NCBI GenBank assembly: GCA_965228855.1 | Contig: CBDDIJ010000003.1 | Location: 320,001 to 384,000, forward strand | Reading direction: 5' to 3' | Source: Candidatus Obscuribacterales bacterium | GTDB lineage: Bacteria > Cyanobacteriota > Vampirovibrionia > Obscuribacterales > Obscuribacteraceae | DNA: 64,000 nt | In this document: one piece after another, positions 19,023 through 29,200 of the stretch | Position numbering within the stretch: position 1 is the stretch's first letter | Layout of the letters: each line of letters opens with the position of its first letter | Notes under the pieces: generated by a model | Databases searched by the model: none | Told to the model about the DNA's origin: nothing | Seen by the model: the letters and a program-made list of their open reading frames with translations, nothing else | Translations under genes and position numbers: made by a program

Positions 19023-19886
19023 ATGCGAAGACGATGCATACGCAAAACCGCAGAGCGGAAATCAGACGGTCTATCGCTGACTGAATTGTTGGTCGGGTCT
19101 ATCCTAATGGCCGTCTCCATTGCTGCTGTTGCGGAGATAATGTCTTTGTGTGTTCTAGCCAATACTAAGCTTTTTCGCCAGTTTGACGCGCAAGCGGGTG
19201 CAAACTTCGCGTTGGATCGCATCAAGGGTAGCATCCGAATGTCGAGCGAAGTTCTGCCTTATTCTGATCTTTTTGGGTCTGTAAAAGTCTTAAGTCCACA
19301 GACACTGATATTGTCACAACCTGTGCACTTCTTGGCTAAGAACAACGACCCCTCTGACGCGCTAAATTATGACCCAGGCGCCGAGCAAAACCTGAAAAAT
19401 GGTCTGACAATCCCTGGAGCAAGTTACACGGTCGTTTATGAGGTTGTGCCCGACGATGATGCGCCCGGAGAGTTCAAAATGCTATGCACAACAAGAGGCC
19501 CCCAAGCTGTTTTTGATGAAACATCAGCTTTGCGTCTTCCAATAGAAAAACAAACTATGTGTCGAGGCATTATTGGCCCACTCGAGCCAGGGGCAGCTCA
19601 GGGCTCCCTGCCAAAGGTTTTCAGCTTTATTGCACGAAATCCTCTCCGAATGCAGCGTCTCGATTTGATAAAGGAATCTACCCTCTATGACTTTGGGGTT
19701 TCTCGCGGGATCAACTTGATTGGTATTGACTTAGAGATTAGAAAGGGAGCCGATTTCACTGCTGCCTCTACCAGTGGTGGCGCAGTAGAAGTTGGGGACA
19801 AGGTTATTGGAGTACATACCGAGGCGTTTTTGAGGTTGCCAACCTACACTCAGGGTAAACCTGAGGAGGCTATATATGAACCCTAA
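19023..19886 (+). CDS. Type IV minor pilin/pseudopilin (PilW/GspJ-like)
   Basis: RKSDG|LSLTELLVGSILMA class III signal; NFALDRIKGSIRMS helix. Confidence 0.78.
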   Translation: MRRRCIRKTAERKSDGLSLTELLVGSILMAVSIAAVAEIMSLCVLANTKLFRQFDAQAGANFALDRIKGSIRMSSEVLPYSDLFGSVKVLSPQTLILSQPVHFLAKNNDPSDALNYDPGAEQNLKNGLTIPGASYTVVYEVVPDDDAPGEFKMLCTTRGPQAVFDETSALRLPIEKQTMCRGIIGPLEPGAAQGSLPKVFSFIARNPLRMQRLDLIKESTLYDFGVSRGINLIGIDLEIRKGADFTAASTSGGAVEVGDKVIGVHTEAFLRLPTYTQGKPEEAIYEP

Positions 19887-21576
19887 GAAGTTTCAGCGCC
19901 GGATAAAACGAACGCGCAATCGAGGTTGGGCGTTGGTAGCTGTAATAACACTTTCTCTCTTCGCGAGTATGTTTCTGTTTAGTATCGCGGGATTATCGAC
20001 TACGCTGCTTCGTTCTGAAGGTGTTTCGAGGCAACGAAATTACGCACTAGCTGCAGCCGAAGCTGGACTTGATTTTGCTCTCTGTGACCTTACTAAGCTG
20101 TTGAAAGGTGAAATTTCAGAATTGGCTCAGATCGAAGGCACTCCTTACGAAGTGCCAACGCGATACTTACCTCAGCTAGGAAATCGTTGTCGTGTAATGA
20201 TTCGAGTTAGAAGACTGACTGATGCTGAGTACACCTGGGTTAACACCTATAGATCTCAGGCGATTCCTGCGATAGTTAATCCGCTAAACAAAAGTCCTGT
20301 TGATACCTGGCGTTATGGCATGGATTGGACGCAGTTCGCACTTCCGAATGACGAGCCCTGCTGGAGTGTGGAGGTGACATCATATTGCGGTATTTTCGCC
20401 ACAAGCATTCGAAGTATTTTGGTTCCTGCGAGTGGGGCACCAAGTTCGAGTTCTACGACTACCAATCCATATGATCGATTCTTTCCCGAGGCGATAGTGG
20501 CAAACGGCGATGTGCAAATTGGGACCGCAGACCAGCCGTTTAAGCTGAAGTCCATCACCGATCCACAAGTTAAACTTGGAGAGAGTGAGAGCTCTTACAA
20601 AAGCGTAGTTCAAACAAACGGAAGAATTTCGGTTGAACAGGGTGGCGAGGTGTTTGGTGATTTGCGTGTCTCGAACCCCGACGGCGCAGACCCAACGTCG
20701 ACAAAATTGGCGCTTGGTGATCGCGATTCGACAATAATACACGGACGAGTGGAAACAAATGGTTTTTCTGATACAAGTATCAATCCGTTTTCAGGTCTTC
20801 AGCCAACCGAGCCAGGAGCGGAGTTAAAAACGGACACGGGAAACATCTACGCTGATGCTGATATTGCGTCTCTCGGCGAACGTACCGGTATTAATCAGAC
20901 GCCAAGCTCGACGAGTCCCATCATCAATCCGGAGTCACCAAATGCGATATCACTTCCTCCTAATACGGCTCCATTGCCACCGTTTCCGGCTGCCTTGCCG
21001 TACTTTGTTGATAATCCGTCATACCTCCCGGACGGAACCGTGCCTGTTGATACCTCATATCGGACACCTTCTTTAGATTCGAGCGAGGCGCAAGGTCCGC
21101 TAGTTTTTAATAAAGGTGGTGCTAACAGCCTCCCAACGCAGGTCTTTGTTGTTCCAGATCCAGCTTCCACGGGAGCTGAATCTACCATAAATCTGAAAAG
21201 TCAGTTCTTTGTAAATGAAGGGCAAGCTGCTGACCTGCAGATATTCTATAGCGGCTCCAATGATGTCACACTTCAAATTGACGGCTCCGAGTCGAGTCCA
21301 GGGAAGCTAAGTCTAGTAATATATGCGCCTTTCGCTAAGGTTACGACTACCGGGATTGGTGATTTCTCTGGAGCGATATTTGGCAAGCAAGTTTCCCTAA
21401 CACATCGAGGGGATATTCTGATCGATACGAATGCCCTTAATATTAAAGCAAATAATTCCAATGCTGGTTCAGGCGGCGCTGGTTCCGAAGACAGTACCTC
21501 AAGGGCGTCAAACCACTATCGAATTTCGACTTGGGAGCAGGTGTCAGGCAGGTTGGTACCTCTTGCTGGTGGCTAG
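19876..21576 (+). CDS. PilX/GspK-like minor pilin with large C-terminal adhesin-like domain
   Basis: RNRG|WALVAVITL (no Glu at +5, as in PilX/GspK), ALAAAEAGLDFA motif, C-terminal IYAPFAKV...GDFSGAIFGKQV beta-solenoid-like segment. Confidence 0.75.
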   Translation: MNPKKFQRRIKRTRNRGWALVAVITLSLFASMFLFSIAGLSTTLLRSEGVSRQRNYALAAAEAGLDFALCDLTKLLKGEISELAQIEGTPYEVPTRYLPQLGNRCRVMIRVRRLTDAEYTWVNTYRSQAIPAIVNPLNKSPVDTWRYGMDWTQFALPNDEPCWSVEVTSYCGIFATSIRSILVPASGAPSSSSTTTNPYDRFFPEAIVANGDVQIGTADQPFKLKSITDPQVKLGESESSYKSVVQTNGRISVEQGGEVFGDLRVSNPDGADPTSTKLALGDRDSTIIHGRVETNGFSDTSINPFSGLQPTEPGAELKTDTGNIYADADIASLGERTGINQTPSSTSPIINPESPNAISLPPNTAPLPPFPAALPYFVDNPSYLPDGTVPVDTSYRTPSLDSSEAQGPLVFNKGGANSLPTQVFVVPDPASTGAESTINLKSQFFVNEGQAADLQIFYSGSNDVTLQIDGSESSPGKLSLVIYAPFAKVTTTGIGDFSGAIFGKQVSLTHRGDILIDTNALNIKANNSNAGSGGAGSEDSTSRASNHYRISTWEQVSGRLVPLAGG

Positions 21577-22490
21577 GTGATAGTAATATCGCGAAGCCTG
21601 CGAGCAAATTCCTCTGCGCTCATATTTAATGCACCTGCATATTCCGTATTTGTTTCAGTAACCCGTTGACTATGGTTCTCGGAGTTCTCAATTAAGTGAT
21701 ATTGAATCAGCTTGAAAGCCTCTAGATCTCTATTTTGGGACATCAGAAACCGCGCATACTCAATCCGCGTGATACCAAATGGAGTATCATCGCCGGTCAT
21801 GCATTTACTAGTTTCCAAAGCGAGTTTGTATTCGATTTCTGCTGATTCTGCGTCACCAAGTTTTTCATAGCAGTGAGCGAGGTTCAGGTGCGCTATGTAT
21901 TCGAGATCGTTTTTTTCTTCGCTCGCGACGTTTTGCCAGTGGCGGATTGCGTCCTCGTAAAGTCCAGCTTCCATCAGCCGTTCCTTCGGTACGTCAGCTA
22001 GTCGTATGACAGTCACGCGCGAGAGATAATCATCCTCGGCGTCGAATTCCAGCGTGAAAAAGTAATCGTTGATTGTGTAGGTATCGAAGATTTCTATAGG
22101 CTCTACCTTCTGCAATTCCCACTTGCGCAGTTCGTCCTTGGAGTCGGTTTCGGGAGCGGGTTTGTGTTTCCCTCGCTCTCTTGTGGAAACAGGTTTGCCA
22201 ATTTCTCGATGAACATCATCGCGCGAAATTCCCAACTCGACGTCCTTCAGAACCTCCTCTTCAAAGCTCTCGAAGTTTTGGCGCTCGTAGAAGAAGTTTA
22301 CTTCGGTGTACGTTCCGTCGTTCTCACTTATGCTGAATCCGTTCGATTCAAAACCGTGCTCGACCAGGGCGATACCGCATGTGGTGTCTTTCGGTTCTGC
22401 GCCGATCAGTTTCACAAGTTTGAACCATTCGGGCGAATATGTTTTGGTCCCGAGTACATCGAGGATGGTTTGAACTTTTGATGTAATCAT
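21573..22490 (-). CDS. Hypothetical protein with C-terminal TPR repeats
   Basis: GLYEDAIRHWQ...AHLNLAHCYEKLGDAESAEIEYKLAL; AAGGA RBS. Confidence 0.7.
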   Translation of the reverse strand: MITSKVQTILDVLGTKTYSPEWFKLVKLIGAEPKDTTCGIALVEHGFESNGFSISENDGTYTEVNFFYERQNFESFEEEVLKDVELGISRDDVHREIGKPVSTRERGKHKPAPETDSKDELRKWELQKVEPIEIFDTYTINDYFFTLEFDAEDDYLSRVTVIRLADVPKERLMEAGLYEDAIRHWQNVASEEKNDLEYIAHLNLAHCYEKLGDAESAEIEYKLALETSKCMTGDDTPFGITRIEYARFLMSQNRDLEAFKLIQYHLIENSENHSQRVTETNTEYAGALNMSAEEFARRLRDITIT

Positions 22491-22570
22491 GAGCTGACTG
22501 TTCCTTTATTGCGTTCCGCGCTCGCGTAAGAGAACCGCGAGTACCGGACGCTCTTGTTTCATCAGCTATT

Positions 22571-23050
22571 TTAACGACTTCGACCCGTGATTAACTCTCC
22601 AAGCCCGACAAACGTAAAAATAAAACCAGCTAAAGAACCTAAAAAGTAAAAGATGGTCGCCAATGTAAAACCGCTTTGAATATGGGACACACTCGGATGG
22701 TGCTTTTGGAAACGAACGTCTACGGGGTCGCCGGGCTTGAGAAACCACCCATGAAAGTCGAATGTCTCTTTTCCTGTGAGTGTCTCGTTGTCTACTGTGT
22801 ATATGTAAACGACGTTACGCTTAAGCTTACTGCCCGAGCGTACCTCGCTGACTTTACCGTGCGTAAAACCCATTTGAGACTCCCACGGAAGGCTGTACAA
22901 CGTGGAATAGCAAAGCACTCCGTAAACGATAAAGACGCCTAAACCGCCTAACACAGCAGCAAAGGGGTGGCTTTTGTAGGGCCTTTCATGCGGAAGAGTG
23001 TAGACCGGGTTTCGGGGGGCGTAAGTGCTAGTAACGCGTTGATTTTTCAT
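22571..23050 (-). CDS. DUF3592-like membrane protein
   Basis: TM, W...THGKVSE, YIYTVDNETLTG, PGDPVDVRF...HPSVSHI, second TM. ATG 23050 preferred. Confidence 0.7.
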   Translation of the reverse strand: MKNQRVTSTYAPRNPVYTLPHERPYKSHPFAAVLGGLGVFIVYGVLCYSTLYSLPWESQMGFTHGKVSEVRSGSKLKRNVVYIYTVDNETLTGKETFDFHGWFLKPGDPVDVRFQKHHPSVSHIQSGFTLATIFYFLGSLAGFIFTFVGLGELITGRSR

Positions 23051-23211
23051 AATAACGGCTCGCTCGTGAAGCAATCCCAGCCACCACTATGAATTAAAAA
23101 GTTCCAAATCCAGCAAATATTCGCTTTTCTTTTGGTTTTCAAGAAGGGGGCGTTCCGTTAAATACGAATTCCAGACTTCCTGCGTCTCAGGTGCGTTCGG
23201 ATCCCCGTGTG

Positions 23212-23245
23212 AAAGAGGTTAGCCCTTGTTTGGACTAACCTCTTT
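23212..23245 (-). terminator. Intrinsic terminator after the giant adhesin gene
   Basis: Inverted repeat AAAGAGGTTAG...CTAACCTCTTT about 25 nt downstream of the stop at 23270. Confidence 0.7.
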
Positions 23246-23269
23246 GGCTTTAAGTTATCGCCGACAGCG

Positions 23270-26200
23270 CTATCTGCTCGCCGTCACACGCGGATTGAAG
23301 TGTTGAACATAATCGCCGCGATCCGGGCAGAGCGTCATGATGACTGATGAGGTCTTCATGATCTGCTTAGCGAGTCTCTTTGACGCTGCATCATTCGATT
23401 TCATCAATTGATTAAGCGATTTCACTGCGTAGCATGCTGATGGAATCGCGAATTCCGAAGTGTATACTCGCAATCCGTTTTCCATTTGCGACTGTTGGAG
23501 TGCTCTATGTTGGATCAACTCGATCGGGTTTACATCGGCATAAACGCCTCGTTGTTGCGTGCTGATGTGCGCGTGTCTACCCGGCGGTAGGCTGATGGCT
23601 CTCCCGTTGATATTGATTACAACTGAGTTTTTATGGTTGTCGTGCAAGTTGTAAACGGCCAGACCATTGTTCGATTTTGCAACCAGCGCGACTGCGCCGG
23701 CTGCTAGTTTCACAGAGCCTTGTGCTGTTTCTACAATCATATCGCGCTTCGGTGCGAAGATCGCTTTGCCGTTATCCAAACGATGTGCCGACTCATCCGT
23801 CGCGTGGTGCATTGCGGCATCAACAATCAGATTGTCTGAGGTTGAACCGCCAGGTGCCGTGTCACTTTCGGTGGTGCCATGCTCGAACGACACCAGATTC
23901 AGTGATTCACTACCGATGGTGGCGCCTGTTAGCATACCGTTTCCACTTTGAGCACCTGCAGTTCCGTTTTCGCCGAACAAAATCAGGCTAATCGGTTGAG
24001 CTGCGCTCGAAACTGTCAGCGCGTTGGCATTGTTTATAATCGCCAAGTTCAGGGACACGTCCTGATTGATCGGAATGTTTACTCCCGGTTGCGCGGGCGC
24101 TATAGCATCAGTTTGGGCACTGAATTGAGAAACCGCTGATGTCACATCGCCGAGCATCGAAACGACAGGCATTGTCGACGGCGCATGGGAAGTAGTTGCG
24201 GTTGGTGGATCGGCTCTAACAACGGAGTTTGTCCCAAGGATAATCTTGTTCATGCCGCTGGACAGATTGTTGAAGATCACATCCTTGTTGACCACTTCTA
24301 CAGTTGCCGGACCGGAAGCTACAACTCCGTTGTTCGGTCCAAAATAAGCACGTCCGCGTGTACCGTCAGGATCGACGCTGACGCCTGCGGGTGCAGTATT
24401 CGGTGGTGTAGGATTGGTGCCTTTCTTCGGAGGCGCACCGATAGAAATAATGATGTCGTCCCCTTTCTTGCCGGACGTTTCTACTCTGGTGTTGTCCGTG
24501 ATAAGGACTTCGCCGCTTGCCACGTTGAGATTGGAAGCAACTATGCCGCCATTGACTGCATGGATGTTTCCAGTGAACGTAAGTGAGGCACCATTAGCGG
24601 TGAACTCCAGGTCTCCATCATTCGTCGTGGTATCGAACACACTCAAACTGCCTGCTGTGACTAGCGACATATCACCACCGGCAACCGCGCTTTCAATCGT
24701 TAGAAGGTTTGTGTTGATGTTATTCAAGTTGATTGAACTGCCGCTGTTCAAGGTCAGTGAGGTTGTATCTATGTTGAGAGGCTTCTTACCGATTGAGCCG
24801 GACTCCGAAGTAAGAGTCAAAGAGTCTGCTGTGATGACGACATTCTTGCCGACTTTGAACGTGCCTTTTCCGTTGGCGTGAAGTTCCAAAGCCGGAGAGT
24901 CAACCGCTTGTTGCGTCGCTACCTCGACTCCGCCGCCGAGATTTGTTATGGCGATACGTCCGCCGGCCCCCTGTGCAGACAGCGTTCCTTGAACGCCGTT
25001 CTTCGGTGCCTTCTTTCCGTTGTTGAGAACAAAGTCTTTCTTATTATCGGAGATGAGTGTTATGGTACCGCCAATGCCACCACCGACACTGCTGGCATCC
25101 AGGCTTCCTGCGATAATCAGATAGCCTTGTTTGCCATCGAGATTTCCCGCCTCAAGCGTGTAATTTGCACCCGCAGCGAGCGTCGAGGAGTTCGTGTGAG
25201 CATCGATGAGAGAAGTGTCGTTGACTGTGATGTTGCCGCCAGTCCTTACTGTGATAGAACCAGCATCGCCACCGAGAATTCCGCTAGTCGCTGAAATGCG
25301 CAGGAAGTCTGCCGGCGGCTTAGGCGTTTTCTTGATTATGCCGAAGAAGGTTGGAGTGGCGTCTTCTGTGACATATTCCACGGTACCGCCGCCGCCCAGA
25401 CCGAGACCATTTGCTGACAATTGAAGCGGACTTGTGGGTGAACTCGTGAAATCAATTAACTGAGTATTGATTTTGATTTCCCCGCCGAAGAAGTTATCGC
25501 CGGGAATTCCTTTTGCATTCGCTTCAGCGAGGAAACTCGGATCGTTTAGGGTTAATGTACCTGTTCCGTCTGCCGCAGCAGTGAGAAGCAGTCTTGCTCC
25601 GTCTCCTCGAGTGTGAGCGATATTCAGACCTCCGGTTCCGATTGTCAGATCACCAGTAGATTTTATATCGATCAGCGCACCGTCACCGGAACCAGTTGCA
25701 GACACCGTGATATCGCCACCGGTGGCGACTGTGAGGTCTGAGCGTGTTTCGTAAATAAAGCTGCCAGCATCACCTGTGGTTCCATTTACATTGAAAGTAA
25801 AGGTGCCGGTCGGATTTACGATGTCTGCCGTAATGATCTCGATGCTTCCGCCATTTCCTGAACCGTCTACTGAAGTCGACAAATTGTTGATTGTATCGAA
25901 GGTAATTGCCTGGATAGTAGATGAATTCAGAAAGATCGTGTGAGCACTCACGTTTCCTGCGATCCTGATGCCACCCGCGGTGCCAATTGCGATTGCGCCA
26001 TTATTGGTCAGGATGCTGCCGTTTACGTTGACTGCATTCTGCTGCGGAATGGCTCCTGGGAATGCAATGCCACCGCTGAGGATGCCTGCTTGAACCTGTA
26101 TCGGACCAGGTGTTTCCAGAAGCTGAACATCTGCAACTTGAAGGTTGACATCGCCGCCGGTCAAACCACCGGTAGTGGTGATGTTTCCAGTTGATATTCC

Positions 26201-29200
26201 ATTTGGAGCAATCATCAAGACGTCTCCACCGCGAGCGCCGGCGGAAGAGGTATTGATTGCGCCAGTAAGACTAATTGAACCCAGATTTGCCAGAGCGGTC
26301 AGACCTCCGCCCACTCCGTCGGAGCCACCACCTGTGAGAGTGATTGTACCCGTTCCGGTGATATCACCTCCGGTGGCATTCAAGGTAATGTTGTCGAATA
26401 ACCCCTGGCTCTGAATCTGGCCGATTTGAGTGCCCGGCGGTGGATAATCAAAATCCACGCCGGCCAGCATCACGAGGTTGCCGGAGTCTCCGGTCGGATT
26501 CGATAGGTTTATCGTGAACGCTCCCAGATTGATATTTCCAGACGAGAGAATCGCGACGCTTCGACCTACGAACGAGATGTTACTCGACAAGCTGACGTCG
26601 CCCTGGTTGTTAGCAATAGTGTAACCGGTGAAAATAAACTTGTTGCCTATGATATTTCCGTTGGTTTGCTGTACCCATGTGTTGGTTGTGAGCGTGACGT
26701 TGTTCGCTCCGATGAATTGAGAGTTGGTGTGCGAGGTCGTTGTTCCATTCGGGTTGTTTAGCAGGACGTCTCCGTTGAACGCCAGGGTTCCAAACAGATC
26801 CAGGTTCGCACCATCTGCGGTGAGGAACGAAATTGCAGCCGGGTTACTAGGAAATCCAGGAGCGCCAGCCGGCGGCTCCGAGGCCGTGATTGTGCTGCTT
26901 CCTCCATTTACTGTGAGACCGCCGGTAGTGTTTTGAGCTATGAACGTTTGAACGTCCAGGGTGACAGTATTAAAAGTCACGACCGGTGATTCAACGGTTA
27001 CGCTGCCAGTTGAGGTGAAGCTATTCTGGAAGGTGATCGAAACAGGGCTAGATGCCGCGAAGCTGTCGGACTGAATGGTGTCGATATTCAGGGCGATTCC
27101 GTTATCAAAGAACACATCGCCGGCGCCAGTCGTACTGATTGTGTTGACCTGGTTATTTGCAATAAGCGATGCGCTGCCACCTCCAGTAATGTTTACTTGC
27201 AGGTTGGTAGCAGTAATCACGTCGGGGACAGAGATCGCTCCAGCGTTGGTTGTCTGTAAAACTACGGAGCTGGAATTTGAGCCGACCGCAGTCAGAGATG
27301 CGGTTGTGATGTTGCTTCCAGCCGATAAGGTGATGCTACCTGCGGTGCCGGTTCCGTTTCCGCTTGTGTTGACACCACCAGTGGTGATCGAGCCCGATGT
27401 AGAGGTGATTTGAACAGCGCCGCCGTTCTGCCCGCCCGATAGACCGTTAGTATTTACTCCATCAGTCGTGATGTTGCCGACAGCATTGATGGTCGCTGTG
27501 TGCACGGCGGATGCGGCATTTGTTCTGAGAGTACCGTTAGGTGTGTCAATGTCGACTGTGCCTCCACTGTTAATTAGCACTGCTCCATCGACCGCTATAT
27601 TTCCAGTTGTCGTAACGAGAGATACGCCACCACCAGTTCCACCGGTTGTCTGGATTCCAAAATTGCCGGCAATCTGAATGGTACTAGCGGACAAGTTGAC
27701 GGAACCAGCCTGGAAGCCCACTCCTGATTGAACTGTGAGAGTCAGACCTGATGCGCTCGAAATCGCTCCATCGATGGCGCCAGCGGCCGCATCAATGGTG
27801 ATTGTTCCACCGTCTGTTGAGCCATTTGCATTGTACAGACCATTGAGCAAACCTATTCCGCCAGAACCGTAGTTTCGCACAGTGATGGATCCGCCGGAAC
27901 CGCTAGTCGAAGCAGCTGTAATTTGATTGGTGAAGAACTGGCTGTTGCTTACTACCTCTACTGTGACATCGCCACCCTGTCCGGAGGTACCGGAGTCGGC
28001 GAATATATTTCCAACTCCGTAGGAGCCGCCACCCAGGCTAATATGCACATCACCGCCACTGGTGGCACCTGCACCACTGGTCAAGATGTTAAGAGTCGTG
28101 AGGTTGCCGGTTCCTCCGATGACGATTTCCACATCGCCTGCGCTACCAGTGCCGTTCCCAACGCTGTTTCCTGTGGAGATCTGACCGGTGGTGACAGAAC
28201 CATTTTGTGCGTTTATAGATGTTTGCGAATTTGCAAGCATGGTTACGGTGCCAAGCACAATATTGCCGTTTGTCGCCGTCACGGTGCTAAACGGATTATT
28301 CGGAGAAACTGTGTTTGTGCTGATTATTACCGTATTTAAGGGGTTACCTACGGCGACATCCAGTGTGCCTCCGGAGGAAGTTGCGGTACTTGCCATGCTG
28401 ATATTTCCGACATTTATGGCGTTACCTGCATTTGCTCCTCCGACGAGTGTGATACTACCCGGAGTACCATTCGTACCGGACGAACCCGTAGTGAGCGTCA
28501 CTGCCGCCGGCAGCACCACTTGCCCGCCGCCGCTCCCGGCGTAGGCCACAAGTGTGAGGTCACCGCCCATAGAGTTATTCGCTGAAGTCGCTGTCGTTAG
28601 TTGCTGGAGTGTCCCGAGAGAGTTGAGGTCAACGTTACCGCCGGTGAAGGAAGCACCATTGGCCGTGACACTCGTGATGTTGTTTGTGAAGTCCACTCCG
28701 GCAATAAGAGCTATGTTGCCACCATTAGTGGTGCTGCTCGCCGATGTGATGCCGAAGTTGCCGCTCAGGTTGATATTGCCGCTTGCCATCGCGAGCAGAC
28801 CACCAGGCACTGTCATGTTACCTTGAATGGTCAAATTGCCATGTGCTAGCAATGAGGGCGCCGCTGTAGCATTGATGGTGTGTGTCGTGATTCCGTTGCC
28901 TTCAATAACGACTTGACCAGCGCCCGAAGTTAAATCTCCGAGAGCGATGTCTCCGTTCGTTCGAATGGATGCTTGACCGAGTAGTGTTGATATGCCAAGG
29001 GACACAGGGGCAGCCGACAGCGCTCCGGCCACCGGAAATGCTGTCGCATTCGAACCGTCGGCATTGATGACGAACGAGCCCCCAGGAAGCACAGGTGTCG
29101 CGCCTGAGATGTTCACGTTACCGGAGGTCGGCGAAATCCCTCCGGAGAGATCAATACTTGTGGGTGCAATGATGTTAATGTTGCCATTGACACCGGCAGA

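Noticed and set aside
26744..26758. NPNG motif as a two-partner secretion domain
   Set aside because: Located about 1400 residues into the protein; TPS domains are N-terminal.
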